A stretch of DNA of 64,000 bases. It comes from a virus. Shown here in pieces: positions 24,373 to 33,716 of the stretch. The stretch spans positions 2,631-66,630 of the IMG/VR virus record IMGVR_UViG_3300028898_000325; one strand, 5' to 3'. The notes below the pieces were generated by a model, which was not told the DNA's origin, did no database searches, and saw nothing but the letters and a program-made list of their open reading frames with translations. The translations under genes were made by a program, and so were the position numbers. The stretch's first letter is position 1. Each line of letters opens with the position of its first letter.

Positions 24373-27300
24373 TTGCAAAACGAAAAACGATATTTTAATA
24401 AAGGGCTAAACGCTGACGTTAGTTTTGAGCAGATAGAAAACGGGCAGTACGTTAACGGCCACAACATGCGGTATGGATCTACCGATAATGGGGTTATTGA
24501 CTTTATTCAAACCATTTGCGGAACGGACGAGATCAACAACATTTTTCTTCCGGACGGCAAAAATATTGGCTGGGGCGGCTGTGAAGATTCAGAAAGAAAT
24601 CGCATTCTATTTTTCAACTACAACATTGAGGGCGCCCACGGCATTTATTGCTTTGATAGAAAAGCAGGGCAGGTTTACAAGGTGCTGCTTAATGACCAGG
24701 TAGAGGGCGGATTGAATTTTAAAAAATACATCCACAGCTGCGGAGTAAATGCCGGCTGCCTATACTGGACAGAGGAAGACGCCAACCAGCCAAGGAGAAT
24801 CCATATTGATGCCTGCATTAAAACAAACCATCCTTCGTACACAACAACAGCCAAAGCATACCACTTCCCTATTAAGCAGTCAATGATAATGCTGATCAGA
24901 AGGCCGCCTTCTATGCCTCCTGTTATTTCAAAGCATATTTATGATGTGGTGTTCAGCCCTGTCTTTGTTTCTGCTCCGCCATCTTACGCAACAAAACCAG
25001 TGTTTAACAACATAGCTGACAAAGCGTTTTATTTTGCATGGAGGTTTAATTACCACACAAATGAAACAAGCGTTCTTTCCGGATTCAGCCGGCTTTCTCC
25101 CAAGAATGCCAAAACAGAAACCTACGACACAATTAAAGTAGAACTTCCGGTATCAGAAATCACAGAGGATGTAAAAACAGTTGACATTGTTGCAAAAGAT
25201 GCAGATACCGAAAAATGCTATATCGTTTATACCTGGGATATAACAAAGCCGTTATTTGATGGAGTTACTATTTACCCGTCATATTCAAATGCCTACTTTT
25301 TCACCAATCACCAAACCGGCGAATTTATTGATGCTGCCAGTTCTGTAAAGCAGTACGATTCAGTTCCCCGTTTTGCCTGGGGCATGGACTTTGGGAGGAA
25401 CAGGTTGTTCCTTGGTAGGTTTATTTCGGGATACAGCGTTCCTGATACAAATTCATTAAAATGCGTTTTCAGTAAAACCGCCGCCGGGTTGTCTACGATA
25501 ACTGCTTCTTACAAAAACTTTAATTTAAGCGGGTATTATTATTCAAGTACAAGCGGGGCCCTGCCTACTATCTCATACACGTTTGTTCTGCTTGAACTTT
25601 TAAATGTGTCTCAATCCGGGTATTACAAAAAAGGAACTGGAGACATCCCAACTACTCCCGGCCCGATCAATGATTCCTTTTCAAATTTCACGTTTGTGGA
25701 TTCCGGGCCGGGTAGCGCACAGGTTATAGCGGGCCAGCAGGTTGTATTTGGCGTGTTTCATAAAATAGTTCAACAGTTGAATGCAGCGGCACCAAGCGGA
25801 TATTCGTTTGTTATTGATCCTGCTTCTGCCATGGTTACGGACAATGTTGACATTACGCTTACGGATGCAGTGCTTAATAATACGGTAGTAAGTTCTGATG
25901 CCCAATACAAGTCCGGTGGAATATATCAAACCGGGATTGTATTTGCTGATGACTACGGAAGGAAATGGGGTGTTTATTCAAAAAACAGGATAGTCATTCC
26001 GGAAAGAGGGTTTGCTGATTCTACAGTGGGCGGGACGAATATTTTATGGAGCCTTTCAAACATAAACAATACCGAAATTCCGGTTGAAGCCACAAACTAT
26101 CACATAGTAAGAACAAAGTGCCTCACCACAACTCAATTTGTAGAGGGGAAGCCTGCAGCAAACGAAGCTACAGGAGCAAAGACAAGAGTTATTTATGTAA
26201 AGAAGGATGCTTCCGGCAACATCACATACACTGATTCGTACCCTGCGTACGATGACAGGGACAGCTATATTGCTATTGATATTTCATGCCTCAGTAGCTA
26301 CGGCATGGGGTATGCTTACCAACCCAACGATAAAATAAAGCTATTCACGGATACTACAGCGGCGCCGCTGATAATGGACATTGTGAACCAAGACGACAAA
26401 TATGTTTGGTGCCCAATACGAAGACTTGAAGTTGCAGCGTCTTTGTCCGTTGTGACCGGAGGTTCTGGATATACAAACGGAACCTATACAGGGCTGCAGG
26501 CAAAAAATGTAATAGGAGAAGGTACCGGTTTGCTTGTAAATGTTACCGTATCCGGCAATGCGGTAACGGCTGTTTCAATAAATAAAGCGGGAATAGGCTA
26601 TGCTCCTGACGATACATTTTATGTAGAGGGCATTGGCGGCGGAAGCGGGTTATCCCTTAAAGTAAACACCGTTACGCTGGTTACAAATACCCTTTTTGAA
26701 TTATACAGCCCTCACAAAGAGCAATTGAATGAGCCTTTTTATGAAGTGTCCGAATGCTACAAAATACTCAACCCCGGCACCGCCAGCCGGGCATACAGCG
26801 TTCTTTCCGGAACCATACCGGGGGATGTTTACATAGTAACGAGAAAAGGAGAGAACGCAAACTTTTTGGCAGAATCTATGTCCCCCAATGATCTTTATTG
26901 GAAGGTATGGAATACCTCTGCCAGCAGGCCAAATTTCATTGACAAAATCGGAGAGCGGGAAGTTCACGAAATAGCATTCAGTAACATTTACGTCAAAGGT
27001 TCCCTGGTTAACGGGCTATCATCATTTGAAGCCTTGAATGTTGTTCCGCTGCCCGGAGAATATGGCAATTTAAGAAAGTTAAAATCCGCATCAAAGGTTC
27101 AGGCCAATGGCAATGTTATGCTGGTACTTTGCTCCAATCAAACCGGAAGTATTTACATGGGCGAAGCAGAACTTTTCGATACCAAAGGAAGCGCCTTTGT
27201 TATCAAAACAGAAAATGTACTTGGAAATATTAATGCACTCAATGGAAGTCTTGGCTGCTCACATCCGGAAAGTGTATTTGAACACAACGGATTTGTTTCG

Positions 27301-28092
27301 TGGTTTGACAAAAGAAATGCCTGCTTTGTAAGGTACTCAAACAACGGGCTGTTTCCTATTAGCCAGTACGGCATAACAAGGGTTGCCAACCAGTTAGCCA
27401 AAGATATTTCTGATGAACAGCTGATTATTGGCGGCTGCGACCCGTATCACAAAGACTGGTTATTCTCTATTCCAAAAACGCAGGATGTGCCGCCAAAGGG
27501 ATATTTGGAAGACTACAAAAGCATGGTATTTCCATATGATGTTTACGATGGCCAGGCAAAAACGCTTGTATACAAAAACAATGATGATTACTGGGGTACT
27601 CCATTTCATTTTTCAGCTGAAGTGTTTATTCGTCTTGGAAAAGACTTGTACAGCATTTACGAAGGGAAGCTGTACCTGCACAATACATCTTCCAATAAAA
27701 TTTATGGAAAGCCATACACCAGTGGAATAGCATACACATGCGGAACCTTTCAAGGGCCAAAGCATTACAGAGGGATTGCATTGGAAGCGGATATTATTCC
27801 GGCTTTTACGCATTTAAGAACAGAAGACCCGGAAAAACAAATTTATCAAAGCAGTGATTTGGTGTCGGAAAATTATTCCAACAAAGAAGGTGTGTTATAT
27901 GCCCCATTTTTCAGAGACAGACTTGATGTAAACGCCGGAAGCAGCTACTTCGAGAGAATGAAAAAGGGCAAAAAATTAAACGGGAAGTACCTGCTCATTT
28001 CGTTGACTTTCGACAAAAAAGTGCAGATGAAAGCGAGCAATGTGAATTACTCAATAAACGAAGGACATTTTATTAATCAACCACAAAGTTAA
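24373..28092 (+). CDS. Tail muzzle/stabilization-like protein
   Basis: 1239 aa starting F.KGLNAD.S...I.NGQY..G.N.R; beta-propeller-like repeats; position before the ejection genes. Confidence 0.7.
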   Translation: MQNEKRYFNKGLNADVSFEQIENGQYVNGHNMRYGSTDNGVIDFIQTICGTDEINNIFLPDGKNIGWGGCEDSERNRILFFNYNIEGAHGIYCFDRKAGQVYKVLLNDQVEGGLNFKKYIHSCGVNAGCLYWTEEDANQPRRIHIDACIKTNHPSYTTTAKAYHFPIKQSMIMLIRRPPSMPPVISKHIYDVVFSPVFVSAPPSYATKPVFNNIADKAFYFAWRFNYHTNETSVLSGFSRLSPKNAKTETYDTIKVELPVSEITEDVKTVDIVAKDADTEKCYIVYTWDITKPLFDGVTIYPSYSNAYFFTNHQTGEFIDAASSVKQYDSVPRFAWGMDFGRNRLFLGRFISGYSVPDTNSLKCVFSKTAAGLSTITASYKNFNLSGYYYSSTSGALPTISYTFVLLELLNVSQSGYYKKGTGDIPTTPGPINDSFSNFTFVDSGPGSAQVIAGQQVVFGVFHKIVQQLNAAAPSGYSFVIDPASAMVTDNVDITLTDAVLNNTVVSSDAQYKSGGIYQTGIVFADDYGRKWGVYSKNRIVIPERGFADSTVGGTNILWSLSNINNTEIPVEATNYHIVRTKCLTTTQFVEGKPAANEATGAKTRVIYVKKDASGNITYTDSYPAYDDRDSYIAIDISCLSSYGMGYAYQPNDKIKLFTDTTAAPLIMDIVNQDDKYVWCPIRRLEVAASLSVVTGGSGYTNGTYTGLQAKNVIGEGTGLLVNVTVSGNAVTAVSINKAGIGYAPDDTFYVEGIGGGSGLSLKVNTVTLVTNTLFELYSPHKEQLNEPFYEVSECYKILNPGTASRAYSVLSGTIPGDVYIVTRKGENANFLAESMSPNDLYWKVWNTSASRPNFIDKIGEREVHEIAFSNIYVKGSLVNGLSSFEALNVVPLPGEYGNLRKLKSASKVQANGNVMLVLCSNQTGSIYMGEAELFDTKGSAFVIKTENVLGNINALNGSLGCSHPESVFEHNGFVSWFDKRNACFVRYSNNGLFPISQYGITRVANQLAKDISDEQLIIGGCDPYHKDWLFSIPKTQDVPPKGYLEDYKSMVFPYDVYDGQAKTLVYKNNDDYWGTPFHFSAEVFIRLGKDLYSIYEGKLYLHNTSSNKIYGKPYTSGIAYTCGTFQGPKHYRGIALEADIIPAFTHLRTEDPEKQIYQSSDLVSENYSNKEGVLYAPFFRDRLDVNAGSSYFERMKKGKKLNGKYLLISLTFDKKVQMKASNVNYSINEGHFINQPQS

Positions 28093-28096
28093 AAAT

Positions 28097-28648
28097 ATGG
28101 ATCCGTTAACAATAGCTGGTGGGGTAATAGGGCTGGGTAAAGTGCTTTTTGGCATAGGCCAAAACAGCAAAGCCAGCAGCGTTGTTGTGCCAAATGTAGA
28201 CTACAAAGATTCGCCTTACGCAACCTCAAAGCTTAATCTTGCCAAAGTATTATACGGCGGACGTATGCCCGGTGCTGCAGCAGCGGAGCAAAATTTACTG
28301 CAAAACAATTCAAACACATCTTCTGCAGTTCAAAGAAACGCTTCCAGTGGCGCACAGGCCTTATCCATGCTTTCGGCTATACAAGGGCAAACAGATTCCT
28401 CTTTGCTTGACCTAAGAAATCAGGAGGCGGGCTACTCTTTGAATATGCTGAATAATTTAAATCAGGCAAACGATACAATGTCTGATCAGTGGTATAAAAA
28501 TTATTTGGATGAAGTGCGGACGCAGGAACAAAAAATGGCTGAGAAAAGCGGACTGAGAAATGCGGCATGGCAGAACATCGGCGGCGGGGCAAACGAAATA
28601 CAGCAGGTTATTGGCAATCAGCAATTATTAAAAGCTTTGAAAAAATAA
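28097..28648 (+). CDS. Putative small DNA ejection/pilot protein
   Basis: Hydrophobic Gly-rich N-terminus (MDPLTIAGGVIGLGKVLFG) and Ala/Gln/Asn-rich helices. Confidence 0.65.
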   Translation: MDPLTIAGGVIGLGKVLFGIGQNSKASSVVVPNVDYKDSPYATSKLNLAKVLYGGRMPGAAAAEQNLLQNNSNTSSAVQRNASSGAQALSMLSAIQGQTDSSLLDLRNQEAGYSLNMLNNLNQANDTMSDQWYKNYLDEVRTQEQKMAEKSGLRNAAWQNIGGGANEIQQVIGNQQLLKALKK

Positions 28649-28650
28649 AT

Positions 28651-30348
28651 ATGGCGTACCAACAAGATTGGGCTGTGGTTCTGCCCGACAACAGCAAGAA
28701 TAATTTATACATAGGACAGCAGCTTATGGAAATAAGCCGCCAGAAAGAGGCTGCCCGTATAAAGCAGCAGGAGGACGATGCCAAACGGCAGGAGAACCTA
28801 TTAAAACTTGTCGGTGATATTGACCCTACAAAAATCAACAAAGAGGATTACTACGCACCATATGCCGTTGAACGAATGGGAGAGCTGCAAAAGAACATGC
28901 TGAATTATTTGTCTGAAAAAAGGAATAAGGGAGAAAGGCCTGATGAAATTGCTTTGCGTCAAAATATCAATGACGGCATGGCAAAAATTGCATCCGACCA
29001 TTTACGGGCAAAAAATGCTGAAGCCGGCATAAAAGAAATAGTGAAACAATACAAAGGGCCGGGCATTGATGATGCAGCGTTGCTAGACTTAGCGCTTGAA
29101 GAGTATTTTAAATACACCGACCCTGAAACCGGTAAAAAATCTGTTGATCCAAACAAATGGCGTGATGTGTCACCGCAGGAATTAGTAAAAGATGTGTTGG
29201 AAAAACACTACGATGTTATAGGAAACAATAAGGGAGTAGATGAAGCCATTCAAAAAGCGTTTAGAAATGACAAGCCGTATAAAATGAAATTGCCCCCGCT
29301 GTTTGATAGAAACGGCAACATCATTCCCGGCAGCTATGAAGTGTCGATTCCTGGTTCAAAGGAATTGGTGTATGATGAAAATAACAATCCTACCGGCGAA
29401 ATGAGAATTAAAAGAGCGCCGGTTCTCAAACCAGATGGAACGCCAATTTATAATATGGATGGCTCCATAAAAACAAGCATTGACCCCGGAATTGAAAAGG
29501 CAATGTTTGATACGGTACCTGGGCTTCAATTAACTATTAAAAATCAGCTTGCTGAAAAAATAAAAGAGGAAAACAAAACAAGAGAGCGATTGAGAAATAT
29601 GGTCGGCCCACACAATCAATCTATCATGCCGGTATCGGAAGACGAAGCCGAAATAATGAAGCGTGATCTGGTACTTGATTTTGCCGAAAGAAATTCACAG
29701 GGCGGAGAGTTTAAAGACAGGACGCTTGACGATTATAAAGCCATGAAGGCGATACAAGCAAGGGAAAGATCGCTTGAATTGCAGTCCGAAAGGAACGGAT
29801 TGTTTAAAGCGTATTTGAATGAAAAAAAGCAAAGGCTTGCTGCAGGGGATAATTCAGAGGTGGATTACTTTAAAGGTATTGTTGATCAGCAAACCAATAC
29901 TTACGAAATCGAAACAAAGCCGTTCAAAAAGGGAGAGTGGAGATTATTTAAGAAGAATGATCCTGATCAGCAGGCCGAACACACTCCAACTGAAATTTTT
30001 CGTACCGACAATTTAGATCAAAGAGAGTTGGAAACTGTAGTGGGAACAAAAGATGGGAAAGCAGCTATAAATTCCTACGAGTTCAAGTTAAAAAGCGGAG
30101 AAAAAATTAAAGGGCTTTTACTTGAAAGAAATTCATCCGGAGAAGTTGTTGCGGTAAGAGGGAAAGACGGTGTTGCTAAAAAAGAAACTGTTAATGACTT
30201 CTTTAATAACAAATTATTCCGAAAATCAGCACAGGGGCAAGTTGGAAAAAGAGGACAAGAGTATGTGCCGGTAGAAGATAAAAATAAACCAGCAGCGCAA
30301 CAGCCAGCAACAAAAATAAAGGGTACCAAAAAAAGTGTTTTTGATTAA
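28651..30348 (+). CDS. Putative DNA ejection (internal virion) protein
   Basis: 565 aa, charged and helical; position. Confidence 0.55.
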   Translation: MAYQQDWAVVLPDNSKNNLYIGQQLMEISRQKEAARIKQQEDDAKRQENLLKLVGDIDPTKINKEDYYAPYAVERMGELQKNMLNYLSEKRNKGERPDEIALRQNINDGMAKIASDHLRAKNAEAGIKEIVKQYKGPGIDDAALLDLALEEYFKYTDPETGKKSVDPNKWRDVSPQELVKDVLEKHYDVIGNNKGVDEAIQKAFRNDKPYKMKLPPLFDRNGNIIPGSYEVSIPGSKELVYDENNNPTGEMRIKRAPVLKPDGTPIYNMDGSIKTSIDPGIEKAMFDTVPGLQLTIKNQLAEKIKEENKTRERLRNMVGPHNQSIMPVSEDEAEIMKRDLVLDFAERNSQGGEFKDRTLDDYKAMKAIQARERSLELQSERNGLFKAYLNEKKQRLAAGDNSEVDYFKGIVDQQTNTYEIETKPFKKGEWRLFKKNDPDQQAEHTPTEIFRTDNLDQRELETVVGTKDGKAAINSYEFKLKSGEKIKGLLLERNSSGEVVAVRGKDGVAKKETVNDFFNNKLFRKSAQGQVGKRGQEYVPVEDKNKPAAQQPATKIKGTKKSVFD

Positions 30349-33218
30349 TGGAATTAAGACAAGATATACAAGAGCAGCAGCAGCAAACGCCCGACCCATC
30401 GCCAAAGTCTCAAAAACTTTACGATAACTTAATTAAAGACGGGTACACCGCTGAAAATTTGGGAACGCCCGAAGCGTTTCAATCTATGCTTTCGGATAGC
30501 GCCAAAGCAAAAAAACTTTATTCAAACCTTATTAATGATGGATATACCCAAGACAATTTAGGCAGCGAATCCGACTTCCTGAAAAATGTTATGCCAGAGG
30601 TAAAAGAAACACCCATAGACCTTGCGTTTAAATCTGCTGAATTAAAAAAAAAGGGTACATGGGTAGGCGGTGGTGGTACCGGTGGTGGAGGTGGATATTT
30701 TCAGCCTGATCTCGAAGCAAGAAAACAGGCCGAAGAAATTGAAAAGGGTTTGCAGGAAAAAGGCATAGACCCTAATCTTGCTACAAGTCTTTTTTCAAAC
30801 AAAAATCTTTCGCCTGAATTAAAAGAACATTACAGCCAACAACTGGCAGAAAACCCAAATGCCGTTATTCGTGAGGTAAATCATGTTGACTGGAAAAGCG
30901 CTTTGGAGGCAGAGGCAAATGTTCAAAAAGAAGGAGCAGAAGAATGGAGGAAACTGCAAATAGATAAAGCGTTATCTGCCGCCCAAAAATCGGGACAAGC
31001 GGGAAACTATCAGTATCAAAGACAGAATTTTCAAGAGGTAGCAAAGGCCATTAGGACTATCATGCCCGAGCCGGAAAAGTATCTTGAAAAATTTGGGCAA
31101 GAAGCCGCCTTTGCGTATGGTGCAAATCTTCTACCAGCTTATGAAAATGGTGGAATAACAAAGCGTGTGCATGGACAAGATTTTATTACAGATGAAGCAT
31201 GGAAAGCCGGCTTGAATGACCTGCAAATTTCAGCGCTTAATTATCTGCAAGACATAAAGCCGGAGTTATTTGAATCGTTCAAAGGAGTACTCATACCTGA
31301 AAAAGATTTTGATAAAAATGATACCGACCTGATGGTGGGCCGTGATGAAAAATTGAAACGCCTGGAAGAAATCGGCATTAAATTAAAAGCTGATGCGGCG
31401 AGAGAAATTAGAGACACGCTGCTTCAAAAGGGTGACGTTACTGCAGCGTCAATTTATCAGGATGAACTTGCAAACGCCTTGAATTATTCAAGTGCACTGA
31501 TGAATAATTACCCCCGCTTGAAAACTCTTGAAGCATCAAAACTTGCAGATGAACTGGCTGGAGAGAAAGACAACCCTGTTGACAGATGGGTAAAGGTTAC
31601 AGGAAAAGGAACCGGAAGTTTTGTAAAAGGCATTTGGGATATTGTATCGGAACCGTTCCGTAGCGAAAAAAACAGTCAAATGCACCTTATGGCTGTATTG
31701 GGTGACGAGAAAATATCCGGCACAATAACGAATAGTGCTCAAAGCAATGAATTAACTCAATCCATGGAGGTGTCTGCTGATAAAGGATTGCAGGCCGGCA
31801 TTGATGTAATACAAAATTCAACGCTTGATGATAAAGAAAAAAGAAGGTTAACTGAAGACCTTATTTATGAAAACATTGACAAGGTAAAAGTAAAGGGCAT
31901 TGATCCAAAAACAAACCTTTCAATAAAGTCGCTCGCCCGTGGAGTGACAGATATGTTTGCCGGCTTGATCCCCTTCATTGCGGCAGAAATGACAACCGGA
32001 GGGATTGCAACCACAGGATTAGGAGCACTCAACAAAGAGGCTGCAATCGCTGGACTTACAGTGTACCATGACGAATTAGCCAGGGCGGTAGACGAAGGCG
32101 TTGCCAATCCTAACGCAACCGCTTTCCGTAGAACGCTTGTCAATGGTTACACCATGGCCGGTGTGGGCACTGCAGAAAAACTGAAGGCCATTGCCAAGGG
32201 ATTCAAAAATCCTGCAATGAGAGAGGTAGTCGAAAAAATGAGTAATAAGGAGCTGCAGGCAATGATTGACGGTGCCGTTAAAAAAGAAAGTATTGGTTCT
32301 CAAATGTGGCAAAAAGTTGTTGAGTCGGCAAAGTCATCGGCAAAAATATCAGCTGCAATTTCCGCAGGCAATGCGGCAAATCAAATTATAGACAACAAAG
32401 ACATTTCCGGCGAAGAATTAGCCAGGACAACAATGACTGAGGCCGGGAAAATGTTTTTGATGACTACAGCAATGGGGATGCTGGGGTTGCCATTTAAAAA
32501 GGCATCCGACATTAATAAGTTGTCTCTGTATGAAGCAGGAAGAACGCCAGATGTTTTTCTAAAAGAAATTGACATAATGAAGCAGGAAGGAAAACTTTCT
32601 GATGATCAATACAACGAATATAAAAACAACATTGCCCTTGCAAAAAAAGTGTATGAAAATACACCAATGGTTGATGCAGATGGTAAGCCGCTGAAAGATC
32701 AAGCAGCAAGGGACTTAATGGTTGAAAAATTCAAAATTGCAAAACTTGAAGAACTTTCAAAGAAAGATATTCCAGTGCCTTTACAGGAAAAAGTGCAGGC
32801 ACAATTGGCAGAAGCTAAAGTGCAAGCTGAAACTTTGCAACAACCCGAAATAGCCAAACCTGAAAGTGATATTATACAGCAGGAGAGTGTTAAGCCTGTT
32901 GAAGAAACACCGGTAACCAATGAACCCACTACAGCAAAAGTTGACGAACCTGTACAACCTGATGTTGCAGAACCCAAAATGCAGGAACCAGAAGCATCTG
33001 TAAAATCAAAAACTCAGGAAATATTTCAAAAGGGCGTTGACTTGTTTCAGAGCATATCCGAAACAGAGGGTGGCACAAAAAAAAGAAGGTTGGCTGAAGA
33101 GCGCAGAAAGCTATTTGAAAACGAACCCTCACTACAACGCATAGACGCAAATATTTCAGAGATATACCGGCAGATGGAAGAAAACAAATTGATTACCAAA
33201 AAAGGCAATTGCCCATAA
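30348..33218 (+). CDS. Putative large DNA ejection protein
   Basis: 956 aa; duplicated N-terminal LYDNL..DGYT..NLG motif; central Ala/Gly hydrophobic stretch. Confidence 0.6.
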   Translation: MELRQDIQEQQQQTPDPSPKSQKLYDNLIKDGYTAENLGTPEAFQSMLSDSAKAKKLYSNLINDGYTQDNLGSESDFLKNVMPEVKETPIDLAFKSAELKKKGTWVGGGGTGGGGGYFQPDLEARKQAEEIEKGLQEKGIDPNLATSLFSNKNLSPELKEHYSQQLAENPNAVIREVNHVDWKSALEAEANVQKEGAEEWRKLQIDKALSAAQKSGQAGNYQYQRQNFQEVAKAIRTIMPEPEKYLEKFGQEAAFAYGANLLPAYENGGITKRVHGQDFITDEAWKAGLNDLQISALNYLQDIKPELFESFKGVLIPEKDFDKNDTDLMVGRDEKLKRLEEIGIKLKADAAREIRDTLLQKGDVTAASIYQDELANALNYSSALMNNYPRLKTLEASKLADELAGEKDNPVDRWVKVTGKGTGSFVKGIWDIVSEPFRSEKNSQMHLMAVLGDEKISGTITNSAQSNELTQSMEVSADKGLQAGIDVIQNSTLDDKEKRRLTEDLIYENIDKVKVKGIDPKTNLSIKSLARGVTDMFAGLIPFIAAEMTTGGIATTGLGALNKEAAIAGLTVYHDELARAVDEGVANPNATAFRRTLVNGYTMAGVGTAEKLKAIAKGFKNPAMREVVEKMSNKELQAMIDGAVKKESIGSQMWQKVVESAKSSAKISAAISAGNAANQIIDNKDISGEELARTTMTEAGKMFLMTTAMGMLGLPFKKASDINKLSLYEAGRTPDVFLKEIDIMKQEGKLSDDQYNEYKNNIALAKKVYENTPMVDADGKPLKDQAARDLMVEKFKIAKLEELSKKDIPVPLQEKVQAQLAEAKVQAETLQQPEIAKPESDIIQQESVKPVEETPVTNEPTTAKVDEPVQPDVAEPKMQEPEASVKSKTQEIFQKGVDLFQSISETEGGTKKRRLAEERRKLFENEPSLQRIDANISEIYRQMEENKLITKKGNCP

Positions 33219-33221
33219 AAT

Positions 33222-33716
33222 ATGAAACTTGAAACATTACCTGCAGAAGTAGCAACGCTGTTAAACCAGCTTATTCCCTTTGAATATTCAGCCATGTATT
33301 TATACCAAAACGCAACTAATTGGTGTAAAAATAATGGCTTCAAAATAGCTGCTGCATATTTTGAAAAAGAATCGCTCAGCGAAATAGAGCATGCTAAAAA
33401 GTTACAAGACTTCCTTATTAAATGGAATGTAATGCCGGAGCTTCCACCAATACAAAAACCTGTTTCTTTTACCGGACTATTCGACATTATTCAAAAGGCA
33501 TACAAAATAGAGCACGATTTATATGAAAAACACGAAGACGTAAGCAACAAGATTTTAAAAATGGGTGACACCTGCGTTTTTGACTTCTTAATGTTTTTCC
33601 GGCAGGTACAAACAGAAAGCGTTGCGGAGTACAGCGACATGATAAACATACTTCAGGGAGTTGACACAAACGACAAGTTCAAATTATTAATGTTAGAAGA
33701 AAATCTTTTTGAATGA
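33222..33716 (+). CDS. Ferritin-like protein
   Basis: LLNQ...EYSA..LY...GF..AA.YF..ES..E.EHA.KL..FL...E..LY...FL..F...Q.E...E..D; ferroxidase-type residues present. Confidence 0.88.
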   Translation: MKLETLPAEVATLLNQLIPFEYSAMYLYQNATNWCKNNGFKIAAAYFEKESLSEIEHAKKLQDFLIKWNVMPELPPIQKPVSFTGLFDIIQKAYKIEHDLYEKHEDVSNKILKMGDTCVFDFLMFFRQVQTESVAEYSDMINILQGVDTNDKFKLLMLEENLFE

